Under the pieces are notes generated by a model. It had not been told where the DNA came from, did not search any database, and was given only the letters and a program-made list of their open reading frames with translations. Positions 1 through 11,770 of a stretch of DNA of 64,000 nt are shown here, piece after piece (positions within the stretch are counted from its first letter, which is position 1; each line of letters starts with the position of its first letter). Origin of the DNA: Octopus sinensis. Taxonomy: Eukaryota. The stretch spans positions 33,542,001 to 33,606,000 of the forward strand of contig NC_043001.1 in assembly GCF_006345805.1 (NCBI RefSeq), given 5' to 3'. The position numbers were made by a program, and so were the translations under genes.

Positions 1-126
1 GTCATCAAAAGCAACAAATCAGAAAATTTGAGGAGTTCAATCTAACTGAAAAAGATAAATTAGTTTTTGTTTCCTGGTGGAAGCTGGTGGGGGTGGGGAG
101 ATGAATTTTTTTATCATTATCATTAT

Positions 127-270
127 TTTACATTCTGAGTTCAAATTCCACCAGAGCCAACTCTGCCTTTCATCATTCCTTATTTAATAGAATAAGTACC
201 AGTTATATGTTGGGGTTGATATAATCGACTTATCCCTTCCCTTAAAATTACTGACCTAATGCCAAAATTG
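127..270 (+). mobile_element. SINE-A fragment
   Basis: TTCTGAGTTCAAATTCC...GCCTTTCATC...AATAAGTACCAGTT matches the other SINE-A copies in the window. Confidence 0.7.
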
Positions 271-436
271 TTGTTGTTATTGTTGTTGTTGTTGTTGATA
301 TTATTTATAATTATTATAACTATTACATGTTATGTTAATTAGCAGGAATGTTGTCTTGAGGTATGGTGACAACAAGTCTCCTCAAATCTCAAGAATTTAT
401 TTCGGATTCTTACAGAATACAGGATTATGTTTTGTC

Positions 437-669
437 TTATTTCTTTACTGCCCATAAGGGGCTATGTACAGAGGGGACAAATCAGGACAGACAAACAGAT
501 TAAGTCGATTATATCGACCCCAGTGTGTAACTGGTACTTATTTAATCGACCCCAAAAGGATGAAAGATAAAGTCGACCTCAGCAAAATTTGAACTGGGAA
601 CATAAAGACAGACAAAATACTGCAAAGCATTTCGCCTGGCATGCTAATGTTTCTGCCAGCTTGCCGCCC
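437..669 (-). mobile_element. SINE-A, near full length
   Basis: Collinear with the copies at 9263, 38729 and 60871; CAGGATTATGT occurs on both flanks (TSD-like). Confidence 0.85.
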
Positions 670-789
670 TTTCTGCCAGGATTATGTATTTCTGTTGGTT
701 AACAATGTGAGTCTAAATTCAAGTCTCTTTCAGTCTTTTCAATTGCATTTTGGGTGCTTTACCAAGTACACTACTTACCACGAGAATAG

Positions 790-960
790 TCTTCCATGAT
801 CTCTTCATCCCTCTGGGTAAGTTCTGATATTCCTCAGTTTTCTTCCATTTCTTTGGTATCCAATTTGTTATATTATATTACTAAGTGCATGACCAAATAT
901 CGTGTTTCTTTTATCCTCTTTAATCAATCTGATCTTCTTGTTGCAATAGTATGATCAGTA
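790..960 (-). mobile_element. possible highly decayed RTE ORF C-terminus
   Basis: Minus-strand pieces FGHAL and TNWIPKKWKK..RGMKRSWK resemble the RTE WxGHV...W.P.G.R.RGRP..W end; many stops. Confidence 0.25.
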
Positions 961-992
961 TTTATGGAAGAGTCCTAATATATCTTGAAATT

Positions 993-1000
993 CTAATGGT

Positions 1001-1041
<41 letters not shown>

Positions 1042-1176
1042 TATTATTATCATTATTATTATTATAATTATTATTACTATTATTATTACTATTATTATTA
1101 CTATTATTATTATTATCATTATCATCATTATTATTATTACTATTATTATTATTACTATTATTATTATTACTATTAT

Positions 1177-1235
<59 letters not shown>

Positions 1236-1258
1236 TTATTATTATTATTATTATTATC
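993..1258. repeat. compound (CAT)n/(ATT)n/(ACT)n microsatellite
   Basis: Seen directly. Confidence 0.95.
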
Positions 1259-2065
1259 CTTATTTTCATTAGCATCTTCTTTCAATTCTGTTTCCATTTC
1301 TTGCTGTATACATTGGTAGGCCATAAAAAAAAAACTCACCAGATTGTTCATTTACAGAGTCATGTGATAGAGAAAAGGAGGAAGACAGAGAGAAAAAAGG
1401 AAAAAAATGGAAAATAGAAAAGTAAACAAATAAAATAGGAGAGGGAAGAAGGAAAGAAAATTCACAACAACAATGTTCTTCTCAATATGTGTGACATACC
1501 AGTTAAGACAATCTTTTGCACTTCCTGTATGGATGGTAAGCCAGGGATCATTCTTAAATAATTTTCAATTCCTGTTTTGATCATTCCAAGTGCTCCTACA
1601 ATTATTGTTATTGTAACCGTCTTGAGATGCCACATCTTTTTGATTTCAATCAGCAAATCTTTATATTTTCTGAGTTTATCAAATTCTTTTGCCTGGATAT
1701 TATGGTCACAGGGTATGCTCATGTCAATCAATAAACAGACTTTATTGTCTTGGTCTTTCACAACAATATCTGGTTTATTTGCTTTGATGGTCTGGTCTGT
1801 ACATACTTGGAAATACCAAAGAATAGTTACATTTTCTCCCTCAGTTACAGCCTCAGGGTGGTGCTTGTACCATTTGTCAGCAGTTTTGATTTTATAAAGC
1901 CAACATTTTATCAAATGTAGATATTGGCCAACTTTGTCATGTCTTGATTTGTACTCTACAAGTGCTAAAACCTTACATCCAGAGATTAGGTGGTCTACTG
2001 TTTTTATCCCATCGTTGCAGTATCAGCCCTTTGGGTCTACACCATTTTTCATCACATCGCCTTTT
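1258..2065 (-). mobile_element. decayed 5'-truncated R4/Dong-clade non-LTR retrotransposon (RLE domain + 3'UTR)
   Basis: ORF 1462-1914 (KPDIVVKD..CLLIDMSIPCD..KLRKYKDL) is a near copy of ORF 2889-3761; 3'UTR similarity at 1280-1350; ends in the TAA tract. Confidence 0.85.
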
Positions 2066-2190
2066 CTTTTTTTCAATTCTCAGAGCTCTTGATTTCATTT
2101 TCCCTGGTTAATTCTGGAAACCTGTTGTCAAGGCTCTCACAGGGTCTCTTTCCATAGTACTTAACATTCATTATTAATATTATTATTATT

Positions 2191-2393
2191 AAGGTAATGA
2201 GCTGGCAGAATTGTTAGCACACTAGGCAAAATACTTAGCCAGTATTTTTATGTTCTGTGTTCAAATTCTGCTGATGTCAACTTTGCCTTTCATCCTTTCA
2301 GAGTCAATAAAATAAGTACTAGTTCAGCACTGGAGTCGATGTAATTGATTGATACCCTCCTCCAAATTCACTGGCCAAAATTTGAATCCAGTA

Positions 2394-2398
<5 letters not shown>
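2191..2398 (+). mobile_element. SINE-A (variant tail)
   Basis: GAGCTGGCAGAATTGTTAGCAC head and GCCTTTCATCCTTTC core. Confidence 0.8.
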
Positions 2399-2437
<39 letters not shown>

Positions 2438-2466
2438 ATTATTATTAATATTAATATTGTTATTTT

Positions 2467-2612
2467 TAAGGCAGTAAACTGGTAGAACTGTTAGTGTGCC
2501 AGGCAAAATGCTAAGTGGCATTTCGTCTGTCCTTACGTGCTGAGTTCAGACTCCACCGAGGTCGAATTTGCCTTTCGTCCTTTTGGAGTCGATAAATTAA
2601 GTACCAGTGAAA
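2467..2612 (+). mobile_element. SINE-A 5' part
   Basis: Head plus GTCGATAAATTAAGTACCAG core. Confidence 0.8.
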
Positions 2613-2677
2613 AACGCCGACAAAAAAAAAAAAAAATTCAGGCCTTGTGCCTTTTGTACAAAGGATTATTATTGTTA

Positions 2678-2710
<33 letters not shown>

Positions 2711-2711
<1 letters not shown>

Positions 2712-3789
2712 TTTTTTTTTTCTTCTTTCAAATTTGCTTCCATTTCTTGCCGAGTGTCTTCCCGACTCCTAGGACAAAGAAACTCATAGTATACATTGGT
2801 AGGCCATTAAACCAAACTCAATAGTTTGTTCAGTTTTTTTTTTTTTTTTTTTTCAAGTTAAATTAAAATACATGAGCAGCAACAGTTCTCACATCGACAA
2901 TGCTCTTCTCAATACGTGTGATGTACCAGTTAAGACAATCTTTTGCACTTCTTGCAGGGATGGTAAGCCAGGGATCATTCTCATATAATTTTCGGTCCCC
3001 TTCTTGATCATTCCTAGTGCTCCTACGATCACTGGTATTGTAACCACCTTGAGATGCCACATTTTCTCAATTTCAATGAGCAGGTCTTTATATTTTCTGA
3101 GCTTGTCAAACTCTTTTGCTGAGATATTATGATCACAAGGGATGCTCATGTCGATCAATAAGCAAACTTTATTGTTTTGGTCTTTCACAACAATATCTGG
3201 TTTATTGGCCTTGATGGTTCGGTCTGTATGTACTGGAAAGTCCCACAGAATGGTTACATTTTCTCCTTCAGTTACAGCCTCAGGGTGGTGATTATACCAC
3301 TTGTCGGCAGTTTTGATATTGTAATGCCGGCTTATTAGCCAGTGTAGATACTGGCCAACTCTGTCATGTCTTAATTTATACTCCACTGGTGCTAAGACTT
3401 TACATCCAGAGATTAGGTGGTCCACTGTTTCAATCATGTCGTTGCAGAATCGGCATTTTGAATCTGCTCCATTTTTCATCACATTGGCCTGGTAGTTCCG
3501 GGTTAATAGGCTTTGATCTTGAGCAGCCAGGATGAAACCTTCGCTCTCTGCTTTTAGCCCTGAGCTCCGTAGCCACTGATGGGTTTGCTTCTGGTCAACA
3601 TCAGCTTGTTTGCTGCGGGTCACATATTTGCCGTGCAGAGGTTTCTCCTCCCACCTATCAGCCAATTGCTCGTGCGCTTTTTTCGTTGCCATCATTTTCA
3701 CCTTCTTTGCAACAATAGTTGCCGTACTTCCCTCGGGTTGTTCAGTTTGGGTATCCTGCACGAGATCAATAGCAAATTTTTTGCTTTCC
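2711..3789 (-). mobile_element. young 5'-truncated R4/Dong-clade non-LTR retrotransposon inserted in (TAA)n
   Basis: Open C-terminal ORF, 3'UTR 2888-2712, (TAA)n tracts on both sides (2665-2710 and 3790 onward). Confidence 0.9.
2889..3761 (-). CDS. partial retrotransposon ORF: CCHC zinc knuckle + restriction-like endonuclease (PD..D/ExK type)
   Basis: 290 aa uninterrupted: CRFC..ETVDHLISGC, RHDRV, KPDIVV..LIDMSIP, K..KY; typical of the R4/Dong clade; no true start codon (truncated). Confidence 0.85.
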   Translation of the reverse strand: MQDTQTEQPEGSTATIVAKKVKMMATKKAHEQLADRWEEKPLHGKYVTRSKQADVDQKQTHQWLRSSGLKAESEGFILAAQDQSLLTRNYQANVMKNGADSKCRFCNDMIETVDHLISGCKVLAPVEYKLRHDRVGQYLHWLISRHYNIKTADKWYNHHPEAVTEGENVTILWDFPVHTDRTIKANKPDIVVKDQNNKVCLLIDMSIPCDHNISAKEFDKLRKYKDLLIEIEKMWHLKVVTIPVIVGALGMIKKGTENYMRMIPGLPSLQEVQKIVLTGTSHVLRRALSM

Positions 3790-3818
3790 TTATTATTATT
3801 ATTATTGTTATTATTATT

Positions 3819-3882
<64 letters not shown>

Positions 3883-3890
3883 TATTATTA
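3790..3890. repeat. (ATT)n/(GTT)n microsatellite
   Basis: Seen directly. Confidence 0.95.
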
Positions 3891-4059
3891 TGACTTGTTT
3901 GGTCTGGATGAAGGAAATATGCCCATGGCCTTTGCTTGTCTTTCAAGACAGTGATATGAATGTAGTTTAATGTTCCTTTGGAAAGGCTGCAAGAAAAAAC
4001 AAGAGCAGGGAGGGATATTTCAGAGATATGACATTCTAGGAAAGAAAGAACAACAGAGT

Positions 4060-4192
4060 TGTGGCAGCAGTGGTGGTGGTGGTGGTGGCAGTGGTGGTGG
4101 CAGTGAGAGAGACTGCAGCAAAGGTGGAGGCAGAGCGGCGGCAGTGGCAGCAGCAGCGGTGGCAGCAGCAGCACCAGCAGTAGTAGTAGTAT

Positions 4193-4279
<87 letters not shown>

Positions 4280-4295
4280 CAGCAGCAATAGTAGT

Positions 4296-4331
<36 letters not shown>

Positions 4332-4359
4332 ACAGCAGCTGTAGTAGTAGTAGTAGCAA

Positions 4360-4391
<32 letters not shown>

Positions 4392-4452
4392 ACAGCAGCT
4401 GTAGTAGTAGTAGTAGTAGTAGTAGTAGCAATAGTAGTAGTAGTAGTAGCAA

Positions 4453-4491
<39 letters not shown>

Positions 4492-4566
4492 CATAGTAGT
4501 AGTAGTAGTAGTAGCAATAGTAGTAGTAGTAGTAGTAGTAGCAATAGTAGTAGTAGTAGTAGTAGC

Positions 4567-4625
<59 letters not shown>

Positions 4626-4628
4626 CAA

Positions 4629-4661
<33 letters not shown>

Positions 4662-4740
4662 CAATAGTAGTAGTATTAGTAACAGCAGCTGTAGTAGTAG
4701 TTGTAGTAACAGCAGCTGTAGTAGTAGTAGTAGTAGTAGC

Positions 4741-4772
<32 letters not shown>

Positions 4773-4776
4773 AAGA

Positions 4777-4808
<32 letters not shown>

Positions 4809-4809
4809 C

Positions 4810-4844
<35 letters not shown>

Positions 4845-5008
4845 CAATAGTAGTAGTATTAGTAACAGCAGCTGTAGTAGTAGTTGTAGTAACAGCAGCT
4901 GTAGTAGTAGTAGTAGTAGTAGCAGCAGCAGCAGTAGTAGTGAGTTGTAGTAGTAGTAGTAGTAGTAGTAACAGCAGCTGTAGTAGTAGTAGTAGTAGTA
5001 GTAGTTAT
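4060..5008. repeat. ~950 bp compound (GTA)n/(GCA)n/(GTG)n trinucleotide array
   Basis: Seen directly; interrupted by recurring GCAATA and AACAGCAGCT units. Confidence 0.95.
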
Positions 5009-5475
5009 AATTGCTTTTATCTTTTGGATCCATCATCTTTCTTGGAATTCCTTCCTTGTTTTTGTTTTTTTTTTTTGCTCTTTTATGTTCAGTGATGAAG
5101 GGAGTCAGAAGAATCGTGATTCTTGGTGCATTTAAAGTATATAATAAACTGTGGAATGCATCAAGAAACACAAGCCTTCTTACTCAGAATATTGAACCAG
5201 CAAACTTCTTCAGCCTTGAAAAGTAAAGATGTATTGTTACCTATAAAAAAAAAAAAAAGAAAGGAAAAAAGAAAAACACACACGTACAACAATTATGAAA
5301 AAAAAAAAAACATTAGATTTTAAAAAGTTTAAAGATATCACAGAAATCATGTAGAAAACCCTAAGTAGCATTCTTGGAGCAATTATAAAAATTTGCTTAA
5401 TTGGCATATTTCATAAAATTTTCTCATGTGCTTATTAGATAAAAAATGTGAAATTTAAATAAAAAATTATAGTTA

Positions 5476-5621
5476 TAGGTGTGTGGTTAAGAAGCTTGCT
5501 TTGCAATCACAAAGTTTTGGGTTCAATTCCACGGCACAACATATTGGGCAAGTGTCCCTAGGTAACCAATGTTATGTCGGTGAATTTGGCAGATAGAAAT
5601 TGAGTGGCAGTCAGTTTCACA

Positions 5622-5625
<4 letters not shown>
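5476..5625 (+). mobile_element. SINE-B 5' fragment
   Basis: GTGTGGTTAAGAAGCTTGCTT...TTGGGCAAGTGTC. Confidence 0.7.
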
Positions 5626-5652
<27 letters not shown>

Positions 5653-5685
5653 CTGTGTCTGGGTGATATATATATATATATATAT

Positions 5686-6090
5686 AGGCACTGGCACAGC
5701 TGTGTGGTAAGAAGCTTGCTTCCCAACCACATGGTTCCAGGTTCAGTCCCACTGCATGGCACCTTGGGCAAGTGTCTTCTACTAAAGCCTCGGGCCGACC
5801 GAAGCTTTGTGAGTGGATTTGGTAAATGGAAACTGAAAGAAGCCTGTCATATATATATATATATGTATGTATGTATATGTATGTATGTATGTCTATGTTT
5901 GTGTGTCTGAGTTTGTTCCCCACCATCACTTGACAACTGATGTTGGTATGTCTATATGCGGTTTGGCAAAAGATACTGATAGAATAAATACTAGGCTTAC
6001 AAAGAATAAGTCCTGAGGTCAATTTGTTCGACTAAAAGCGGGGCTCCAGCATGGCCACAGTCAAATAACAAATAAAAGAATAAAAGAATA
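5686..6090 (+). mobile_element. SINE-B full length
   Basis: tRNA-like head, CORE-like GGCACCTTGGGCAAGTGTCTTC, central microsatellite, (AAAAGAAT) tail. Confidence 0.9.
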
Positions 6091-6189
6091 TAAATATATA
6101 TATATCACAAAAGAATGCAGTAAGTAACACACACACACACACATGCGCACACACACACACACACACAGGGATTGATAGATAGATCGTGC

Positions 6190-6378
6190 TGGTACCATAT
6201 AAAAAATACTCAGTACACTCTGGAGTGCTTGGTATTAGGAAGGGCATCCAGCTATAAAAACCATGCTGGAGCAGACAATGGGGCCTGGTGCGGCTCCTGA
6301 CCTTACCAGTATTGTCAAAGTGTCCAACAAATACCAGTACGAAAAATGGACAATAAATGATGATGATGATGATGATGT
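6190..6378 (+). mobile_element. RTE-tail
   Basis: TTAGGAAGGGCATCCAGCT motif and (GAT)n tail. Confidence 0.75.
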
Positions 6379-6441
<63 letters not shown>

Positions 6442-6458
6442 TTAGATAGATAGATAGA
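6377..6458. repeat. (GATA)n
   Basis: Seen directly. Confidence 0.95.
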
Positions 6459-6671
6459 TTGACTTTAAGAATCCCTCCTAGCGTGTGGCATTTATGTATA
6501 GTAATGCCCTCAATATAAATAAATATATTTAAGAGGAAAAATTGATAGATTTTTACCTTACGAGGTTTTTCATGCTAACTACTTGATAAATTCTTATAAA
6601 GATTTTATCCTATTTTTAAATTGTAGATAGATAGACAGATATACAATTATATATATATATATATATATATA

Positions 6672-6808
6672 TACTCTTTTACTCTCTTTTACTTGTTTCA
6701 GTCATTTGACTGCGGCCATGCTGGAGCACCGCCTTTAGTCGAGCAACTCGACCCCGGGACTTATTCTTTTTGTAAGCCCAGTACTTATTCTATCGGTCTC
6801 TTTTTGCC
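6672..6808 (-). mobile_element. SINE-B 3' part
   Basis: TTTACTTGTTTCAGTCATTTGACTGCGGCCATGCTGGAGCACCGCC. Confidence 0.85.
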
Positions 6809-6884
6809 ATACATATATATGTAGGTAGGTAAGTAAGTAAGTAAGTAGGTTGGTAGGTTGGTAGCTAGGTAAGTGTGTATGGTT

Positions 6885-7085
6885 TTGTGTTTGTGCTTGT
6901 TCTCCGACTACTTGACAACTGATGTTGGTTCGCTTACATACCTGTTACTTAGCAAAAGGGTTTGACCATAAGTACCAGACTTAAAAAATAAGCATAGGGG
7001 TGGATTTGTTTGACTGCACCCTTCAAGGCACTGCTCCAGCATGGGCACAGTTCAATGACTGAAACAAGTAAAAGTAAATGATAAA
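6885..7085 (+). mobile_element. SINE-B 3' half (diverged)
   Basis: CTTGACAACTGATGTTGG...GCTCCAGCATGG...GACTGAAACAAGTAAAAG. Confidence 0.75.
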
Positions 7086-7212
7086 ATACCTTTCTTTTTA
7101 TAATTTGCTGTTTTTGTATAGTTTTAGCATAAGATTTCAGTTCATAGTTTATTGTTGAAATACACAATCTAAATATTATGATAATAATAGTAATAATAAT
7201 AATAATAATAAT

Positions 7213-8050
7213 CTTTTCTGCTAGAGGCATGAGGTCTGCAGTTTGGGTGGAAAGGATAGTTGATAACATGGATCCCAGTGTTTGACTGACACTTAATTTA
7301 TCGACCCCAGAAAGATGAAAGACAAAGTCAAGCAGGACACAGCAGGCTATCCAGGACTGTTTTTAGGGTGTTGACCAAAAGTTTCGAGAAAATAGCACTC
7401 TAGCAGGCAGGTCGGGCAATACCTAGTAGGTTTGGCAACTCCTATTCTGGTAAGAGTCAACTCCCTTTTCCTTCACTGTTGCCCAAAAAAACCTTGGTCC
7501 CAATTTTTTGGGTGTCGGCTCGGTTAGAAGGTACATTGCCCGGGCAACTAGGGCAACACCCCTGCAGCTGCCACTGGAGCAGAATTTGAACTCACAACTT
7601 AAAAATGAGCAAAATCAATCCACCACCATCAATAATCATTTCTGCTATAGGCACAAGGCCTGCAATTTTGGTAGAGAATAAGTTGATTCATCAATCCCAA
7701 TGCTTAATTGGTACTTATTTTATCAACCCCAAAAAGATGAAAGGCAAAGTGGATATTGGTAGAATTTGAACTTAGAATGTAAAGACAGATGAAATGTTAC
7801 TAAGAATTTTGCTTGGTGTGCTAACATTCCTGTAAGTACACAGCCTTCACTACCCATAATAATAATAATTGCTTCTAATTTATGTACAAGACCAGAAATT
7901 TTGAGGGGAAGAAGTTGGAAGATATCATCACCCTCAGAACTTGACTGGTGCTTTGACCTTAAAAGGATGAAAAACAAAATTGACTTCAGCAGGATTTGAA
8001 CTAAGAATCTAGATTTCTCTAGATTCTGAGTTAAAATCCTGCTGGGGTCA
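7213..8050 (-). mobile_element. cluster of decayed SINE-A copies
   Basis: Repeated GATGAAAGGCAAAGT / AATTTGAACT segments near 7310, 7585, 7735 and 7965. Confidence 0.65.
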
Positions 8051-8052
8051 AT

Positions 8053-8118
8053 TTTTGTACCAAGCATCAGTTTAGTAATAACAAAATTATTTTACAATCT
8101 GGTTCATTATTTTCAGAA
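8053..8118 (-). mobile_element. fragment of the MITE family found at 8496-8986
   Basis: Reverse complement of about 8828-8892. Confidence 0.6.
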
Positions 8119-8495
8119 TTAATTATAACAAATGCAGAGAACCAGAAGAAATATTGCAAGGCCATTTTGTCAAAAACTAATAATTCTGCTATAATATTAA
8201 TAATTTATTTTAATATGAAGTGAAGTTCAAAGAGTGGATTGTATATTGTTTATTAAATTTTACTAAACATTATAACTACATCTAAAACAACTTTTTAAAA
8301 AATTAAGGTTTTTCTGACCTATCAGAGGAGGAAGAGCTGTGCCCATAACTTTCTTTTAGGGTCTCTAAGACTGGTGAGAGGAAGGGAGGACGTTATCCTC
8401 AAATGAGAGACCAGATACAAATGCTTACAACAGAATGGATTCCACTAAAAACAACCAAAAGACAAGGGGTAATATTAAATGAAGTAAAAGTTTAA

Positions 8496-8516
8496 CCCTC
8501 TTGTTACTATATATCT

Positions 8517-8554
<38 letters not shown>

Positions 8555-8774
8555 TAATAATAATAATAATAATAATAAGAGCATTGTCAATGTGAGAACT
8601 GTTGCTGCTCATGTATTTTAATTTAACTTATAAAAAAAAAATAAAAATAAAAATGAACGAACTATTAAGTTTGGTTTAATGGCCTACCAATGTATACTAT
8701 GAGTTTCTTTGCTCTAGGAGTCGGGAAGACACTCGGCAAGAAATGGAAGCAAATTTGAAAGAAGAAAAAAAAAA

Positions 8775-8816
<42 letters not shown>

Positions 8817-8986
8817 TTGATAATAATTCTGAAAATAAGGAAGCAGATAGTAAAATAATTTTGTTATTACTAAACTGATGCTTGGTACAAAAATTAACAT
8901 GAAATTATGAAGGAAAGTTTTAATTTGGATTACTTAAAACCATAGAACCAGGGATAGTCTTAAGCAAGTAGGTATCAAAAGAATTA
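8496..8986 (+). mobile_element. old TTAA-type (piggyBac-like) MITE interrupted by (TAA)n and a Dong fragment
   Basis: TTAA-CCCTCTTGTTAC left end; degenerate GGTATCAAAAGAATTA right end; termini similar to 15595-15813. Confidence 0.45.
8578..8775 (+). mobile_element. extremely 5'-truncated Dong copy (last codons + 3'UTR)
   Basis: Starts AGAGCATTGTCAATGTGA (RALSM*, the same end as ORF 2889-3761); 3'UTR matches 2888-2711; (TAA)n on both sides. Confidence 0.9.
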
Positions 8987-9262
8987 TGTCAGCCATCTGA
9001 GACAAAGCCACAAATTAATATGGAAAGTGAATAATAGTATGTGATGTACATGCATTTTCTGAAGAGCTTTAGTGGTGTAGGTACAAAGTATACGCTTCAA
9101 CTTGAAATCAAACCTGATCGTGGTCTTTGCTCTCACAGAGCTCATTTCTTGTCTATAGTGTTTGTCTCAACTGAAATTAATGCTAGAATTTTCAGCCAGA
9201 AAATTTCCCCGAGAACTAGTCTATAAGGAAGCTTTTTGCAGTAATGAGTGAGCCTTTATATA

Positions 9263-9495
9263 TATTTCTTTACTACCCACAAGGGGCTAAACAAAGAGGG
9301 AACAAGCAAGGACAGAAAAAGGGATTAGGTCGATTACATCGACCCCAGTGCGAAACTGGTACTTTATTTATCAACCCCGAGAGGATGAAAGGCAAGGTTG
9401 ACCTCAGCGGAATTTGAACTCAGAACATAACGACAGACGAAATACCACTAAGCATTTCGCCCAGTGTGCTAACGTTTCTGCCAGCTCGCCACCTC
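9263..9495 (-). mobile_element. SINE-A full length with 15-bp TSD
   Basis: GTGAGCCTTTATATA at 9248-9262 and 9496-9510. Confidence 0.92.
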
Positions 9496-9957
9496 GTGAG
9501 CCTTTATATAGATAATCAGTCAGTTAAAAACAGTAGCCATACGTCCTACAAATAACATCCCTCTTGTCTAAAATAGTGATGCATTGACTACTTAAGGCTA
9601 CAGATAATCAATGGTGGAATGGTCACAGCTGGAATACATCTGATCACAGGCCTATTCAATCAGGACTGATCTCAGCTATAAAAATACCACCAACAACAGA
9701 AACTATAAATGTAAAAAATTTAAATCTACTTCTCATATGATAGTTGTCAAAGTTGTAACAGTTTCATAACATCAGTAATTTGCATGAAGAAATGATTGTT
9801 AAGAAAGCAATTGACAAAACACATCCATTTAAAAAAGAATGTATAGAATATAAATCGCACTCATACATAAATTACACTCCTAATTTAGTGTTAAATCTTG
9901 GTACAAAACGTTTTCTTTCATAGCTTTAGCTTTGCCTCGTGTAGAAGCCACATACAC

Positions 9958-10142
9958 TTTTACTCGTTTCAGTCATTTGACTGTTGCCATGCTGGAGCAC
10001 TGCCTTTTAGTCGAGCAAATCGACCCCAGGACTTATTCTTTGTAAACCTAGTACTTATTCTATCAGTCTCTTTTGCTGAACCGCTAAGTTACGGGGACGT
10101 AAACACACCAGCATCAGTTGTCAAGCGATGGTGGGGGGACAA

Positions 10143-10193
<51 letters not shown>

Positions 10194-10365
10194 TATATAT
10201 ACGATGGGCTTCTTTCAGTTTCTGTCTACCAAATCCACTCATAAGGCTTTGGTCGGCCTGAGGCTATAGTAGAAGACACTTGCCCAAGATACCACTTGGT
10301 AGGACTGAACCTGGAACCATGTGGTTGGTAAGCAAGCTACTTACCACACAGCCACTCCTACACCT
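9958..10365 (-). mobile_element. SINE-B full length
   Basis: Collinear with the other SINE-B copies. Confidence 0.9.
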
Positions 10366-11384
10366 GAAATAAATGAAATAAAGTATAAAATTTAAAAGAA
10401 TTATTTTTTGAAATATAATGTTATCCATGAATAGACAATTGATGGTAAGCATATGGCAAATAAGACCTACAACCCAAGTTCAATTTGTATTGGCAGTTAT
10501 TTCCTTTACTTTCTGAATGGAAGTTGAATGTTGCAAGTGCCATTTTATTTTACTTTCTGAAGACAATAGAGTTTTATCTTTCATTAATGGATACTTTCAA
10601 TCTAGAAAACTTACCGTATGTACTCGTGTATCAATTGCATTCATACATAAATTGCACCCTTAATTTAGTGTTAAATCTTGGTACAAAATGTTTTCTTTCA
10701 TAGTTTTAGCTTAGACTCATTTATGTATAAGTAACATCCCAGTTTTTCCAATTGAAATCAAGTATAAAATAGTGTGACTTATTCACAAGTAAATATGGTA
10801 AGTTATTCACTCTGTTTTATACATCAATATTTGTGACATATAACTATTTATACATCTACTTTTGTCTTCTATTCTAGGGAGAAGGTTAGTATGGGGACAG
10901 CCTGTCCAAATACCCCTTTGACTAGAAGCTAGGATCAACTGAATGAAGTTAATACAGCTCAGGTTTAAGTCAAACATTAGGGGGCTAATTGTTGAGGAAG
11001 AATCATAGACCATTAGGGTTCCAATAGAATGCAGTTCTAGGGAGGAAGTTTCAAAGGTACTAGCAATAACCATGGCTTGGAATAACTTCTTTGGAACATA
11101 TTATAGTACAGTACAGCTGTCATGCATGAGTGAATACAGTTTTGAAACATCTACCAAGCATTTACTGACTGAATTGGGAGACTGTATAGTGATGAAACAA
11201 TGATGATGGTGATCATGATGATGATAATGATGATGACAATGATGATGGTGATGATGGTGATGATGGTGACGACGACGGTGCTGGGTGGGGGGGTGATTTT
11301 CTATCTAATATTTCTTAGTTATTTCCAATAAATCCTTAAAGTACACATCAATCTACACCCACAACTCGTTTTCACAGTACCACT

Positions 11385-11770
11385 TTTACTTGTTTCAGTC
11401 ATGTGACTGTGGCCATGCTGGATCACCGCCTTTAGTCGAGCAAATCGACTCCAGGACTTATTCTTTGTAAGCCTAGTACTTATTCTAATGGTCTCTTTTG
11501 TCGAACCGCTAAGTTATGGGGACGTAAACACACCAGCATCGGTTGTCAAGCGATGTTGGGGGGACAAGCACAGATACACAAACACATACACACATATATA
11601 TATATACATATATATGACGGGCTTCTTTCAGTTTCTGTTTACCAAATCCACTTACAAGGCTTTGGTCAGCCCGAGGCTATAGTAGAAGACACTTGCCCAA
11701 TAGCGGGACTGAACCCAGAACCATGTCGTTCATAAGCAAGCTACTTACCACACAGACACTCCTACACCTA
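11385..11770 (-). mobile_element. SINE-B full length
   Basis: Collinear with the other SINE-B copies. Confidence 0.9.

Noticed and set aside
955-1351. ORFs with poly-I/V/N/S/D
   Set aside because: Read-through of trinucleotide microsatellites plus the Dong 3'UTR
3698-5171. 383-aa and other long poly-L/Y/V/T ORFs
   Set aside because: Stop-free frames of the (GTA)n array; no domain content
5092-5226. possible exon VMKGVRRIVILGAF...FFSLEK
   Set aside because: Acceptor-like tract present, but no homology recognised, weak donor and no partner exons
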